DNA of 64,000 bases from an uncultured delta proteobacterium (GTDB lineage: Bacteria; Desulfobacterota; Binatia; HRBIN30; BPIQ01), in NCBI GenBank assembly GCA_963761335.1, contig CAVXGR010000021.1, forward strand, positions 64,001-128,000, read 5' to 3'. Shown in pieces: positions 42,719 through 52,515 of the stretch. A model generated the notes under the pieces. The model was not told where the DNA came from. It did no database searches and saw only the letters and a program-made list of their open reading frames with translations. A program made the position numbers and the translations under genes. The stretch's first letter is position 1, and each line of letters opens with the position of its first letter.

Positions 42719-44187
42719 GCGGCGGCATGCCCCAGGCGGCTCTCGAGGCGTCGCGCCAGACGCGAAAGCGGATAGCTCAAGGCCAGATAGAGGGCGGCGC
42801 AGAGGAGACCGGGAATCAGCCAGCCGCGCATGTCGACGGCGGTGATGGTCATCTGCTTGGTCAGCTCGACCACCGTGATCACCGACACCAGAGACGAGTC
42901 CTTCAACAGGGAGATGAAGTCGTTGGCGATTCCGGGGAGTGCCACGCGCAGCGCCTGCGGCAGAACGATGCGGCGCAGCGTGAGGCCCTGTGACATGCCG
43001 AGGGCGAGCGCTGCCTCGGTCTGGCCGACCGGCACCGCCTCGAGCCCGGCGCGATACAGCTCGGCTTCATACGCGGCATAGTTCATTCCCAGCCCGAGGA
43101 CCGCGGCGGTGAAGGCATCGAGCGTGAGCACGGGTGCCAGCCCGTAGTACAGCACGTAGAGCTGCAGGAGAACGGGGGTGCCGCGGAACAGCTCGATGTA
43201 GCCGGTGGCTGCCGCACGCAGGGGCGCGGCGCCGTAGCGGCGCACCACGCTGAGCAGCAGGCCGCCGCCGATGGCCACGGTCATGGCCAGCGCCGAGATG
43301 ATCACGGTCACCGCCGCGGCGCGTAGAAAAAGGACGACGCGCCCCGCGGTCAGCTCCTTGCGCGGCGCCGCCGGATCGGATGCCGCGGGCTCGGCGCCGA
43401 GCCGCTGCTGGCGGTCGTTCCAGAGGTCCCAGCGCTGCAGGATGCGGCGCAGCTCGCCGTCCGCCTGCATTGCCGCCAGCGCCTGGTCGACCGCCGCCAG
43501 CAGCCGTCGGTCGGCGGGGCGCACGGCGATGGCGTAGACACCCTCGCCGACGATTGCCGCCTGTCGCAGGCCCGGCCGCACCAGGCCGTAGCGGCGGGCG
43601 ATGATGTCGTCGAGGACGACGCCGTCGAGGCGCCCCTGCTCGAGATCCATGTAGGGCTCCTCGACCCCCTCGTAGATCACCGTGTCGATGCCGGGATCCG
43701 CCGCCACCAGATCGAAGGCGAGCGAGTTGCCGAGGGTGCCGACGCGATGGCCGCGCAGGTCGGCGAGCGCGGCCACCTCGCCCTCGTCCTGGCGCACCAC
43801 CAGCGTCTCGGAGAAGAGGTAATAGGGGCGCGTGAAAGCGACGCGCCCGCGGCGCGCAGCTGTGACCTCCAGGCCGTTCAGGATCATGTCGAAGTCGCCG
43901 CGCTCCAGCGAGGGAATGAGGTTCTGCCAGTCGTTCTGGACGAACTGGGCGCGCACCCCGAGACGCCGTGCGATGCCGTCGGCGATCTCGACCTCGAAGC
44001 CGACCAGGTGCGCCGGTTGCGCCGGATCCTGAAACACGTAGGGCTCGCCTCCCTGCATGTCGCCGCCCCAGAGCAGAACGCCGCGGCGCTGTACCGCCGT
44101 CAGTCCATCACCGCCGCCGGCGTGCGCCATCGCCGCCGCGAGCGCGACCCCGACCAGGGCGACAGCGGTAGCCGGCTTCCACTGCAT
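42715..44187 (-). CDS. Amino-acid ABC transporter, fused substrate-binding and permease domains
   Basis: Signal peptide, SBP family 3 domain, then FRGTP…GQTEAALALGMS…LLKDSSL. Confidence 0.9.
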   Translation of the reverse strand: MQWKPATAVALVGVALAAAMAHAGGGDGLTAVQRRGVLLWGGDMQGGEPYVFQDPAQPAHLVGFEVEIADGIARRLGVRAQFVQNDWQNLIPSLERGDFDMILNGLEVTAARRGRVAFTRPYYLFSETLVVRQDEGEVAALADLRGHRVGTLGNSLAFDLVAADPGIDTVIYEGVEEPYMDLEQGRLDGVVLDDIIARRYGLVRPGLRQAAIVGEGVYAIAVRPADRRLLAAVDQALAAMQADGELRRILQRWDLWNDRQQRLGAEPAASDPAAPRKELTAGRVVLFLRAAAVTVIISALAMTVAIGGGLLLSVVRRYGAAPLRAAATGYIELFRGTPVLLQLYVLYYGLAPVLTLDAFTAAVLGLGMNYAAYEAELYRAGLEAVPVGQTEAALALGMSQGLTLRRIVLPQALRVALPGIANDFISLLKDSSLVSVITVVELTKQMTITAVDMRGWLIPGLLCAALYLALSYPLSRLARRLESRLGHAAA

Positions 44188-44288
44188 CGATCTCTCGCCC
44201 TTTGCCCGCTGCGACGGCGAGAATCAACCTGTGGGCGCAGGTTGCCCCCTCGGGCGGGCTGTGGTTAAAGCCCCGCCGGAGGAGATCC

Positions 44289-44468
44289 ATGCTGCAGGTA
44301 GGCGACGAGGTCATCGTGATGTCCGCCGCCGGCCATTTCCACATCGTGGCCGTCGACGGCGAGATCCTCACGATCGAGAACGACGCGGGGCTGCGCAAGC
44401 AGGTCCACTTCGCTGCCGTCCGCCGCCGGCCGGTGAAGGAGCCGCCCAGCAACGGCGGCGCCCACTGA
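44289..44468 (+). CDS. Small hypothetical protein (KOW/SH3-like)
   Basis: GGAGG RBS; MLQVGDEVIV…; 59 aa. Confidence 0.55.
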   Translation: MLQVGDEVIVMSAAGHFHIVAVDGEILTIENDAGLRKQVHFAAVRRRPVKEPPSNGGAH

Positions 44469-44579
44469 TCGCGTCTGGGCACAGTGCGTCATGAGCCTGC
44501 GGCTCACCAACAGACGATCAAAATGAGGCTGGGGATCTGCCCCGTAGAGAGATTTGGCGGTTCTCGCCTGGGCGAAGTT

Positions 44580-44847
44580 CGCTCCGGAGGGGCGGTGGCG
44601 TGTAGCCCCGGGTGAAACCCGGGGAAGAATGCGCGCTCCGTCAGGCGCGCCCCGGCAGGGGCGCGGGCAAGTTTTCGTCGATGTCACGCCTGTGCGCCGA
44701 TGGTCACCGCTGGGTTGCGTGGGAAGCTCATCGACTTGATTCACGCGGCCTCTACGCCCGCGCCCCTGCGGGGCGCTGATCTGGGCCGACCGGAACGCGG
44801 TCCCCGGGTTAACACCCGGGGCTACATGCCTGCGCCCCTCCGGGGCG
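44580..44847. repeat. REPIN-like composite inverted element, family B
   Basis: CCGGAGGGGCG…GTAGCCCCGGGTGAAACCCGGGG on the left is mirrored by CCCCGGGTTAACACCCGGGGCTAC…CGCCCCTCCGG on the right, with an inner GCCCC/GGGGC hairpin pair. Confidence 0.8.
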
Positions 44848-44909
44848 ATAAGCCTCCACGCCAAGCGCCGGTACGCTCCGCCAGACCTTCACCCAACAGA
44901 TTTTCGAAG

Positions 44910-44981
44910 CAGGCAACTTTTCGTCGCCGATCGGTGACTGCTTGATCGAAGCGGCGCTGTGCCGAAAAGGAGCCTGTCCCC
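44910..44981. repeat. Family C inverted repeat, partial
   Basis: CAGGCAACTTTTCG … CGAAAAGGAGCCTGTCCCC. Confidence 0.6.
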
Positions 44982-45011
44982 TTCTGCAGCCCTAAGGCAC
45001 TTGCATCGCCG

Positions 45012-45422
45012 CTAGCTGCACGCCGGCGCCGTCTCCACCAGCGCCGTGCCGATCACCAGCCGGTCGCCCTCGGCACTCTCCATCCAGACGTCGCACCCGA
45101 TGGCACTGCCGCCGCCGGGGATCTCGCGCCTCTCGGTGACGTTGCCGCGCACGTGCACCGTCTGCCCGGCGACCACCGGAGCGCGGAAAGTGGTGCCGAG
45201 CTTGCGAATGCGGACACCGGGTCTCCAGTGCAGCAGCGCTCGCGCGATCAGCGCCAGCGACAGGTTGCCGGGGGCGATCTGGCCGGGAAGGCCCTCGGCG
45301 CGCGCCTGTGCTGCGTCGGTGAAGCGGCCGAAATCCATGCCGATGCCGCGGGCGTAGCCGGCGACGAATTCGGCGGAGAGATCGACGCTCAGCTCGGGCA
45401 GCTCATCGCCGATGTCGATCAT
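45012..45422 (-). CDS. MaoC-like hotdog dehydratase subunit
   Basis: A..EGLPGQIAPG…FRAPV.AG motif. Confidence 0.75.
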   Translation of the reverse strand: MIDIGDELPELSVDLSAEFVAGYARGIGMDFGRFTDAAQARAEGLPGQIAPGNLSLALIARALLHWRPGVRIRKLGTTFRAPVVAGQTVHVRGNVTERREIPGGGSAIGCDVWMESAEGDRLVIGTALVETAPACS

Positions 45423-45886
45423 CGCCGCGGCGCGTCTCCCTTCTGCATCATGCGCGAGTCGACCGTGGCCACCATCTCGCCGCGCTGGTTGGTGAGCGCC
45501 GTGCGGAAGACGATGAAGTACATCGGTCCGGAGCGGCCGGTCTTCTCGTAGATGTCGTGAATGCTCGAGGAGATGGTGATGCGATCGCCGGGGCGGATGG
45601 GCTCGCCGAACTCGATGTCCTTGCCGGCGTCGAAGCCGAGGCGCCGCATCTGGCGGACGACCTCGCCGGGAGCGAGCTTCTCGCCGCGCAGCCGCACGAC
45701 GAAGCTCGGATGCGCCACCAGGCCGCCGTACGGTCCGGTCGCGGCGGCGCTCTCGTCGAGGTAGATCGGGTCGCTCTCACCGAGGCTGCGGGCGTAGGCG
45801 ACGAGCTCCGCGGCGGTGACCGGCCCGTAGGTGGCGCTGTCGTACTCCTTGCCGATGAGGCTGCGGTCGATGTCGAGAAACGACAT
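45419..45886 (-). CDS. MaoC/FAS1-like dehydratase N-terminal-type subunit
   Basis: DPIYLDE…YGGLVAHP, PIRPGD and EKTGRSGPM motifs. Confidence 0.8.
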   Translation of the reverse strand: MSFLDIDRSLIGKEYDSATYGPVTAAELVAYARSLGESDPIYLDESAAATGPYGGLVAHPSFVVRLRGEKLAPGEVVRQMRRLGFDAGKDIEFGEPIRPGDRITISSSIHDIYEKTGRSGPMYFIVFRTALTNQRGEMVATVDSRMMQKGDAPRR

Positions 45887-45940
45887 GGTCCCCGATGACT
45901 ATCTCATTGCAGAAATACGAGGAAGTCCCACGCAACGGCG

Positions 45941-46699
45941 CTACGGCGCAACCTCGCCGCAGCGGCGCAGGGAGCGCTCGGCGGCGCGCCGCAGGCTCGC
46001 GTCATTGCTGGCGGCGGCGCGGCGGAGGGCGTGGCGCACGGCCTCGCTGTCGCCGGCGATATCGCCGAGCCGCCCGGCGGCGGCGCGCCGCAGCCCCGGG
46101 CGATCGCCGGCGAGCAGGCGCAGGGTCGCCTCGCGAAAGCGGGCGTCCGTGGGGGCCAGGCGCGCCAGTGTCGACAGCGCTGCCATGGCGACGCCGTCGC
46201 CGGCGCCGTCCAGCGCCGCCAGTGCCGCCTCGCGCACCGCCTCGCTGTCCTCGCCGAGATCGCGCAGGCAATAAAGGGCCATCTTGCGCAGTTCCGGGCT
46301 TCCGCCGCGCGCGGCGCCGAGGAGATCGTCCGCCGCCTCCGGGCATTCGCGGACGAGGCGTACGGCGATCGTCGCCGCCGCCCAGCGCACGTCGCCGTCA
46401 ACGCTGCCCAGTGCCTCGAGCAGCGCCGCGCGCGCCGGGAGCAGATCGCCGCCGAGCAGCGACAATGCGTAGGCGGCGCCCCAGCGCCGGCCCGGCTCGG
46501 GTGCCGCCATCGCCGCGATCACCGGCTCGCGCACCGCGACCCCCGCCGCCGCAAGCCGGGCGCAGGCCTCGGCGGCGCGCCGCTGCACCCGTTTCTGCGG
46601 GTGGCCGAGGCACTCGACCAGAGCGGCGACCTCGGCGCTGCCGGCATCCGCGGTCAGCGCCTCGATGGCGGCGAGGCGCTGGCTGGCGTCGTCGCTCAC
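45941..46699 (-). CDS. HEAT-repeat protein
   Basis: Repeated D..VR..AA.AL helical units; the GTG start overlaps the upstream stop. Confidence 0.75.
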   Translation of the reverse strand: MSDDASQRLAAIEALTADAGSAEVAALVECLGHPQKRVQRRAAEACARLAAAGVAVREPVIAAMAAPEPGRRWGAAYALSLLGGDLLPARAALLEALGSVDGDVRWAAATIAVRLVRECPEAADDLLGAARGGSPELRKMALYCLRDLGEDSEAVREAALAALDGAGDGVAMAALSTLARLAPTDARFREATLRLLAGDRPGLRRAAAGRLGDIAGDSEAVRHALRRAAASNDASLRRAAERSLRRCGEVAP

Positions 46700-47763
46700 G
46701 CGGAAAGTCCCCGCGTGATCATGTCGGCGATGGTGCGCAGGCGGCCGATGCCGAGAATGTAGTTGTGCGGATCGCTGTAGATCTCGTTGGCGACCGCGTC
46801 GATTGCCCGCCAGTCGGTCGGGCAGAGGCGCAGCTCGTGCTCGAGCCGCTCGATGCCGGCGGCGTTGGCGAGAAAGTCTCCGGAGAACATGATCTCCTTG
46901 ACGAAGCGCTCCTGCTCGAGCGAGAAGCTCGCCTCGAACGAGCCGAGCTGTACCCACAGGGAGGCGCGGCGATCGAGCTCGGGCCGCGGGCGTCGCTGTT
47001 GCAGCCAGCTGTCCGAGGCGAACTCGCGGGCGGCGACTGCCTCGATGGCGCGCGTCTCCAGGGCGGTCAGCGGGTGCGGGTCGCAGACGAGGCCGAACTG
47101 CTTGCAGAACCCACGGCGCAGCATCTCGGCGATGTCACCAAAGGAGAGGCGGGTGCGCAGCTCGCGCAGCAAGGAGGTGGTGGAATCGGGGGTCAGCATC
47201 TCGATCTTGATCAGACCCCCGGGGTCGACCCGTTCGAGCAGCGTGGGAAGGATGCTGAAGTCGCGGGTGTTGGCAATGACCGCCTCGAACAGCAGCGCTC
47301 CCGCCTCGTCCGTCTCGAACGATACCAGCCCGAGAACGCGGCGGTCGACGGTGATGAAGTCGCGGCCGGGATAGAAGGCGGGGACGTTCACCAGCTTGCA
47401 GGCCTCGAGGATGCCGCGCACATAGCGGTTCATCACCTGGTACGGCGCCAGCACCAGCGGATCGTCGGAGTAGAGCGCCGAGCGGTGCGGCAGGACCAGC
47501 GACAGGCCGATGAAGCCGTCGCCGAAGGGCACGGCGCGACCGCCGGTGTGCCGCCGCCACAGCCGGGGAGCGGCCGCCTGGTCGTTGGGCGGGGCGAGGT
47601 GATAGCGGCCGATCGACACGGCGTCACCGCCGAAGCTGTAGATGCGCAGCACCGCCGGGCGCATCCGCGAGGCGCGCCGCACCGCGGTCATGAAGTGGCG
47701 GTCTGCCGCCAGACTCATGGCCGGCTCGATCTTCTCCTGGGTGACGAAGTCGGCGGTGATCAT
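46696..47763 (-). CDS. Lipoate-protein ligase A-like protein
   Basis: LRIY…VSIGRY, RRHTGGRAV and the C-terminal FSGDFL domain. Confidence 0.7.
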   Translation of the reverse strand: MITADFVTQEKIEPAMSLAADRHFMTAVRRASRMRPAVLRIYSFGGDAVSIGRYHLAPPNDQAAAPRLWRRHTGGRAVPFGDGFIGLSLVLPHRSALYSDDPLVLAPYQVMNRYVRGILEACKLVNVPAFYPGRDFITVDRRVLGLVSFETDEAGALLFEAVIANTRDFSILPTLLERVDPGGLIKIEMLTPDSTTSLLRELRTRLSFGDIAEMLRRGFCKQFGLVCDPHPLTALETRAIEAVAAREFASDSWLQQRRPRPELDRRASLWVQLGSFEASFSLEQERFVKEIMFSGDFLANAAGIERLEHELRLCPTDWRAIDAVANEIYSDPHNYILGIGRLRTIADMITRGLSA

Positions 47764-47986
47764 CGGCTAGCCGGGATCATCGCTTCCCCATCGACGGCAT
47801 CGGGGGGAGGGTTCACAGATCGATAGTACCGCCCGGCCGGGTGGCAGCGGAAGAGCCCGGGGCTGCATCGGACGGCATCGTAGGCGGAGGCCAGCGCCGG
47901 CGCAATCGGGTGCGCCGGTCTTTGACTTTGCAGGCTGATGTGGGAACAAAGGCGCTCCGAGCCGCTGGCCCCTCCCGCCGAACGAA

Positions 47987-48817
47987 ATGCGCACCCCGAG
48001 CGAGCACACCATCGAGGCCAATGGCCTGCGACTCCACTACCTCGAGTGGGGGAAGGCGCCGTCGCCGACACTGCTTCTCATTCACGGCGGCTCGGCGCAC
48101 GCCCACTGGTGGGACTTCTTTGCCGCGGCGGTCGCCGATCGCTACCGCGTCGTCTGCCCCGACCTGCGCGGCCACGGCGACAGCGGTCAGCCGGAGCCGG
48201 CGCGCTACGAGATCGAGGACTATGTCGCCGACGTGGCCGCAGTCGTCGAGGCGACCGGCGCCCGCCGCCTCGCCGTGGTCGGCCACTCGATGGGCGGCGC
48301 CGTGGCGGCGGCCTATGCGCACCGCGCCGGCGATGCCGTCGAAGCCCTGGTGCTCGTCGACATGCGGGTGCGCACCGGCGCCGGCAGCCGCCGCTATCTC
48401 GAGCGGCTGGCGCAGGTTCCCCATCCCGTCTATTCGTCGCGGGCCGAAGGCGTTCGCCGCTTTCGGCTCCTGCCGAGTGCCCACGGTGCCTCGCGGCCGG
48501 TGCTCGAGCACGTCGCCGCCCACGGCCTGCGCGATCTCGCCGGCGGCCGCAGCACGCCGAAGTTCGCGCGCGCCGCCCTGGCGGCTGCTGCCCTGCGCGA
48601 CGTCAGCGCCGAGCTCGGCGCCCTCTCCTGCCCGCTCCTCTTCGTGCGCGGCGCACACAGCACCGCGGCGCCGCCGGCGGCCGCGGCCGAGGTGTGCGCC
48701 GTTGCCCCACAGGCGCGCGTGGTGGAGATCCCCGACGCCCACCACCACGTCATGCTGGACAATCCACAGGCCTTCGAGCGCGCCGTGGCGGGCTTTCTGG
48801 ACGCGGCGCTGGGCTGA
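47987..48817 (+). CDS. Alpha/beta hydrolase
   Basis: [18 protein letters not shown] and HH..LDNP motifs. Confidence 0.9.
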   Translation: MRTPSEHTIEANGLRLHYLEWGKAPSPTLLLIHGGSAHAHWWDFFAAAVADRYRVVCPDLRGHGDSGQPEPARYEIEDYVADVAAVVEATGARRLAVVGHSMGGAVAAAYAHRAGDAVEALVLVDMRVRTGAGSRRYLERLAQVPHPVYSSRAEGVRRFRLLPSAHGASRPVLEHVAAHGLRDLAGGRSTPKFARAALAAAALRDVSAELGALSCPLLFVRGAHSTAAPPAAAAEVCAVAPQARVVEIPDAHHHVMLDNPQAFERAVAGFLDAALG

Positions 48818-48864
48818 CCCCGGCGCGTGGTACAATCACCTGCGGATGGGGAAGGGGAAGCGCG

Positions 48865-50559
48865 ATGGCCGCCGATCTCAAGCACCGCAGCCGGGCTCTC
48901 ACGCAGGGACCCGACCGCGCCCCGGCGCGGGCGATGTTCAAGGCGATCGGCCTGGGCGATGAAGACCTCGAGCGGCCGCTGATCGGCGTCGCCAACACCT
49001 GGACCGAGGTGATGCCGTGCAACTTCCACCTGCGCCGTCTCTCGGCGAAGGTGAAGGAAGGCATTCGCGCCGCCGGCGGCACGCCCATCGAGTTCAACAC
49101 CATCGCCGTCTCCGACGGCATCTCCATGGGGACCGAGGGCATGAAGTGCTCACTGGTGAGCCGCGAGGTGATTGCCGACTCGATCGAGCTGGTGGCGCGA
49201 GGCCATCTCTTCGACGCCGTCGTGGCGCTTTCCGGCTGCGACAAGACCATCCCGGGGACGGTGATGGCGCTGGCGCGCCTCGACCTGCCGTCGCTGATGC
49301 TCTACGGCGGATCGATCGAGCCGGGGCGCCTCGGCGGTCGCGACCTGACCGTTCAGGACGTCTTCGAAGCGGTCGGCGCCTACAGCGCCGGCAGGGCCAC
49401 GGCAGAGGAGCTGCGCGCCGTCGAGAACGCCGCCTGCCCCGGGCCCGGAGCGTGCGGTGGGCAGTTCACTGCCAACACCATGGCGATGGCCTTCGAGATC
49501 ATGGGCATCTCGCCGCCGGGGACCGCCAGCGTGCCGGCGATGCATCCGGCCAAGGACGAGGTCGCCTTCGCCACCGGGGAGCGGGTGATGGATCTGCTGC
49601 GGCTCGGCCTTTCGGCGCGCCGCGTCGTCACGCGGCCGGCGATCGAGAACGCCATTGCCGCGGTGGCCGCCTCGGGCGGCTCCACCAATGCCGTCCTGCA
49701 CCTCCTCGCCGTCGCCCACGAGGCCGGCGTCGACATTGGCATCGACGATTTCGGCCGCATCAGCGAGGCGACGCCGCTGCTCGCCGATCTCAAGCCCGGC
49801 GGGCGTTTCGTCGCCACCGATCTCTACCGCGCCGGCGGCGTGCCGCTGCTGGCGCGTCGTTTGCTCGATGCCGGCCTGCTCCACGAGAGCGCCATCACCG
49901 TGAGCGGGCGCAGCATCGGCGAGGAGGCGCGCGCCGCCGTGGAAAGCCCGGGGCAGGAGGTGGTGCGGCCGCTGGCGGCGCCGCTCAAGCCGAGCGGCGG
50001 CTTGGTCATCCTCAAGGGCAACCTCGCCCCCGAGGGTGCCGTGGTGAAGATCGCCGGCCACGAGCGGCTGGCGCACCGCGGGCCGGCGCGGGTCTTCGAC
50101 TGCGAGGAGGATGCCTTCGCCGCGGTGCAAGGGCGGCGCATCGCCGCCGGCGACGTGGTCGTCATTCGCTACGAGGGCCCGGTCGGCGGCCCGGGGATGC
50201 GCGAGATGCTCGGCGTCACGGCGGCTCTCGTCGGCCAGGGCCTCGGCGAGACAGTGGCGCTGCTGACCGACGGACGCTTCTCGGGCGCCACGCGCGGCCT
50301 GATGATCGGCCACATCGCCCCGGAGGCGGCGTGCGGCGGCGCGCTCGCCATCCTGCGCGACGGCGATCCGATTCTCATCGACGTGGCCGGCCGGCGGGTC
50401 GACGTCATCTTGAAGGACGACGAGATCAACGCCCGGCGTCGCGCCTGGACACCGCCGCCGCCGCGCTACACCGGCGGCGTCCTCGGCAAGTACGCGCGCT
50501 CGGTCTCCTCCGCCTCTCTCGGCGCCGTCACCACGGAAAGGCAGGTTGTTGGTTGTTAG
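48865..50559 (+). CDS. ilvD: Dihydroxy-acid dehydratase
   Basis: [33 protein letters not shown] and TDGRFSG motifs. Confidence 0.95.
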   Translation: MAADLKHRSRALTQGPDRAPARAMFKAIGLGDEDLERPLIGVANTWTEVMPCNFHLRRLSAKVKEGIRAAGGTPIEFNTIAVSDGISMGTEGMKCSLVSREVIADSIELVARGHLFDAVVALSGCDKTIPGTVMALARLDLPSLMLYGGSIEPGRLGGRDLTVQDVFEAVGAYSAGRATAEELRAVENAACPGPGACGGQFTANTMAMAFEIMGISPPGTASVPAMHPAKDEVAFATGERVMDLLRLGLSARRVVTRPAIENAIAAVAASGGSTNAVLHLLAVAHEAGVDIGIDDFGRISEATPLLADLKPGGRFVATDLYRAGGVPLLARRLLDAGLLHESAITVSGRSIGEEARAAVESPGQEVVRPLAAPLKPSGGLVILKGNLAPEGAVVKIAGHERLAHRGPARVFDCEEDAFAAVQGRRIAAGDVVVIRYEGPVGGPGMREMLGVTAALVGQGLGETVALLTDGRFSGATRGLMIGHIAPEAACGGALAILRDGDPILIDVAGRRVDVILKDDEINARRRAWTPPPPRYTGGVLGKYARSVSSASLGAVTTERQVVGC

Positions 50560-50661
50560 GTTGTTGGTTGTTAGGCAAGAGACTAAACCACAACCACCAA
50601 CCACCAACAACCAACCACCAACCACCAACCACCAACAACCTAACAACCTAACAACCTGCCT
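50539..50661. repeat. Inverted pair of 7-mer tandem repeat arrays
   Basis: AGGCA(GGTTGTT/A)n … (CCAACCA/CCAACAA)n…TGCCT; includes the ilvD stop codon. Confidence 0.85.
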
Positions 50662-50667
50662 CTCCCC

Positions 50668-51705
50668 ATGCGTCTCTTCGTTCCCGGCCGCCTCTGCCTC
50701 TTCGGCGAGCACTCCGACTGGGCCGGGGAGTTGCGCGCCGGCGATCCGTCGATTGCCGCGGGGGCCTGTCTGATCGCCGGCACGGATCAGGGAATTGCGG
50801 CGCACGCCGCCGCCGCGGATGCCTTCGAGATGGTCTCTCGCCTTCCCGACGGCAGCCTGCGCGGGCCCTTCGGCGTGCCCATGCAGATGGCGGCGCTGCG
50901 GCGCGCCGCGACCTCCGGCGATTTCTTCAGCTACGCCGCCGGCGTCGCCGCGGAGATCGCGGCGCAGTACTCGCCCGGAGGCGTGCGCATCGAGGTCGAG
51001 TCGATGACCCTGCCGATCGGGCGCGGGCTCTCTTCCTCGGCGGCGATCTGTGTGCTGGCGGCGCGCGCCTTCAACCGCGTCCACGGGCTGCAGATGAGCC
51101 TGCGGCAGGAGATGGAACTCGCCTACCGCGGCGAGCGCGCCGCCGGCTCGCAGTGTGGCCGCATGGACCAGGGCTGCGCCTTCGGCAAGCGCCCGGTCCT
51201 GCTGCACTTCGACGGCGACCTTTTCGAAGCCGAGCCGCTCTCGGTGGGAGCGCCTCTGTCCCTGCTGATCGTCGACCTGCGCCGCCGCAAGGACACGCGC
51301 CGCATCCTCGCCGACCTCAACGCCGCCTTTCTCGCCGCGCCGGGGCCGGCGCGGCGAGCCCTGCGGTGCGCCCTCGGTGCGCAGAACCTCGAGCTGGTGG
51401 CGGGCGCGCGCGCCGCCCTCGAAGGCGGCGATGCTCCGCGGCTCGGCGAGCTGATGGGCGAGGCCCAGGATCTGTTCGATCGCGCCGTGGCGCCGGCGTG
51501 CTGGGGTGAGCTGGAGGCCCCGGGACTGCACGCGCTGCTCTCTCATCCGGCGGTGCGCCGGCTCACCTGGGGAGGGAAGGGCGTCGGCTCGCAGGGAGAC
51601 GGCGCCGCCCAGCTCGTCTGCCGCGGCGCCGAGGAGCGCGCGGCGCTGGTCCGCGCCCTCGCCGGCGAATCCGTCGACTGCCTGCCGCTGACGATCGCTC
51701 CGTAG
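50668..51705 (+). CDS. GHMP-family kinase (galactokinase/mevalonate kinase-like)
   Basis: PGRLCLFGEHSD, PIGRGLSSSAA and CGRMDQ motifs. Confidence 0.85.
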   Translation: MRLFVPGRLCLFGEHSDWAGELRAGDPSIAAGACLIAGTDQGIAAHAAAADAFEMVSRLPDGSLRGPFGVPMQMAALRRAATSGDFFSYAAGVAAEIAAQYSPGGVRIEVESMTLPIGRGLSSSAAICVLAARAFNRVHGLQMSLRQEMELAYRGERAAGSQCGRMDQGCAFGKRPVLLHFDGDLFEAEPLSVGAPLSLLIVDLRRRKDTRRILADLNAAFLAAPGPARRALRCALGAQNLELVAGARAALEGGDAPRLGELMGEAQDLFDRAVAPACWGELEAPGLHALLSHPAVRRLTWGGKGVGSQGDGAAQLVCRGAEERAALVRALAGESVDCLPLTIAP

Positions 51706-51791
51706 CGGCGCTGCGGTCGGAGTGCGCGAGCAGTCCACTGCAGTCCACTGCGGAAATCGCGGTTCGCCGCCGGACGTGCTATAAGCACAGC

Positions 51792-52208
51792 ATGCCTTGC
51801 AAGCGCATCTGGTTGCTGTGCGGGCTCGCGATTCTGCTGGCGGGAGTGGTTGCGAGCTGCTCGCGGACGGAGCCGGCGGCCCCCACGTCGTCGATCGCTC
51901 CCGCGGATCTGTACCAGCGCCTGCAGGCCGGAAAGGCTCCGGTGATCCTCGACGTGCGCAGCCCGCAGGAGTTCGCCGCGGGACACATCGTTGGCGCCAT
52001 CAACATTCCCGACACCGAGGTGCAGCAGCACCTGCCGGAGCTGAACAAGTACCGCGATCAGGAGATCGTCGTCCATTGCGCCGGCGGCAAGCGCGCCGCC
52101 AGGGCCGAGAAGGTGCTGGTCGGTGCCGGGTTCTCACACGTGCTGGATCTGCAGGGCCACATGAACGGCTGGAAGGCGAAGGGCCTGCCCACCGAACCGT
52201 CGCCCTGA
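51792..52208 (+). CDS. Rhodanese-like lipoprotein
   Basis: Lipobox VVASC, LDVRSPQEFAAGHI.GA.NIP and active-site HCAGGKR. Confidence 0.85.
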   Translation: MPCKRIWLLCGLAILLAGVVASCSRTEPAAPTSSIAPADLYQRLQAGKAPVILDVRSPQEFAAGHIVGAINIPDTEVQQHLPELNKYRDQEIVVHCAGGKRAARAEKVLVGAGFSHVLDLQGHMNGWKAKGLPTEPSP

Positions 52209-52515
52209 GCGGCCCACCCGCAGACGATCAACGCAGGCGGCGGTCGGAGTGCTCCCGCACCCCGTGCTCGCCGAACCTGCGCCCGCTTCGCTGTTTGGCA
52301 CGGCGAGAACGCCTGCGCCAGCTGCCGCAGTGGCGGTGACGGCGCGCCGGTAGTCGGGCGATTTTGCCGGCTCTCCATCTCCGCTCACCGGTTCTCCACT
52401 CTTCATTGCCCCCGGCGGTCAAATTCGTCCTTGTCATGACCGGCCAGGGCGTACTAATCTCGGCGGACCGTGCGGCCGGGGGGGTCGCGGCGGGACTTCG
52501 GGAGGGGTTCATTCT

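Noticed and set aside
47938..50559. 873-aa IlvD fusion
   Set aside because: The upstream part is an alternate frame of the alpha/beta hydrolase gene; IlvD begins at 48865.
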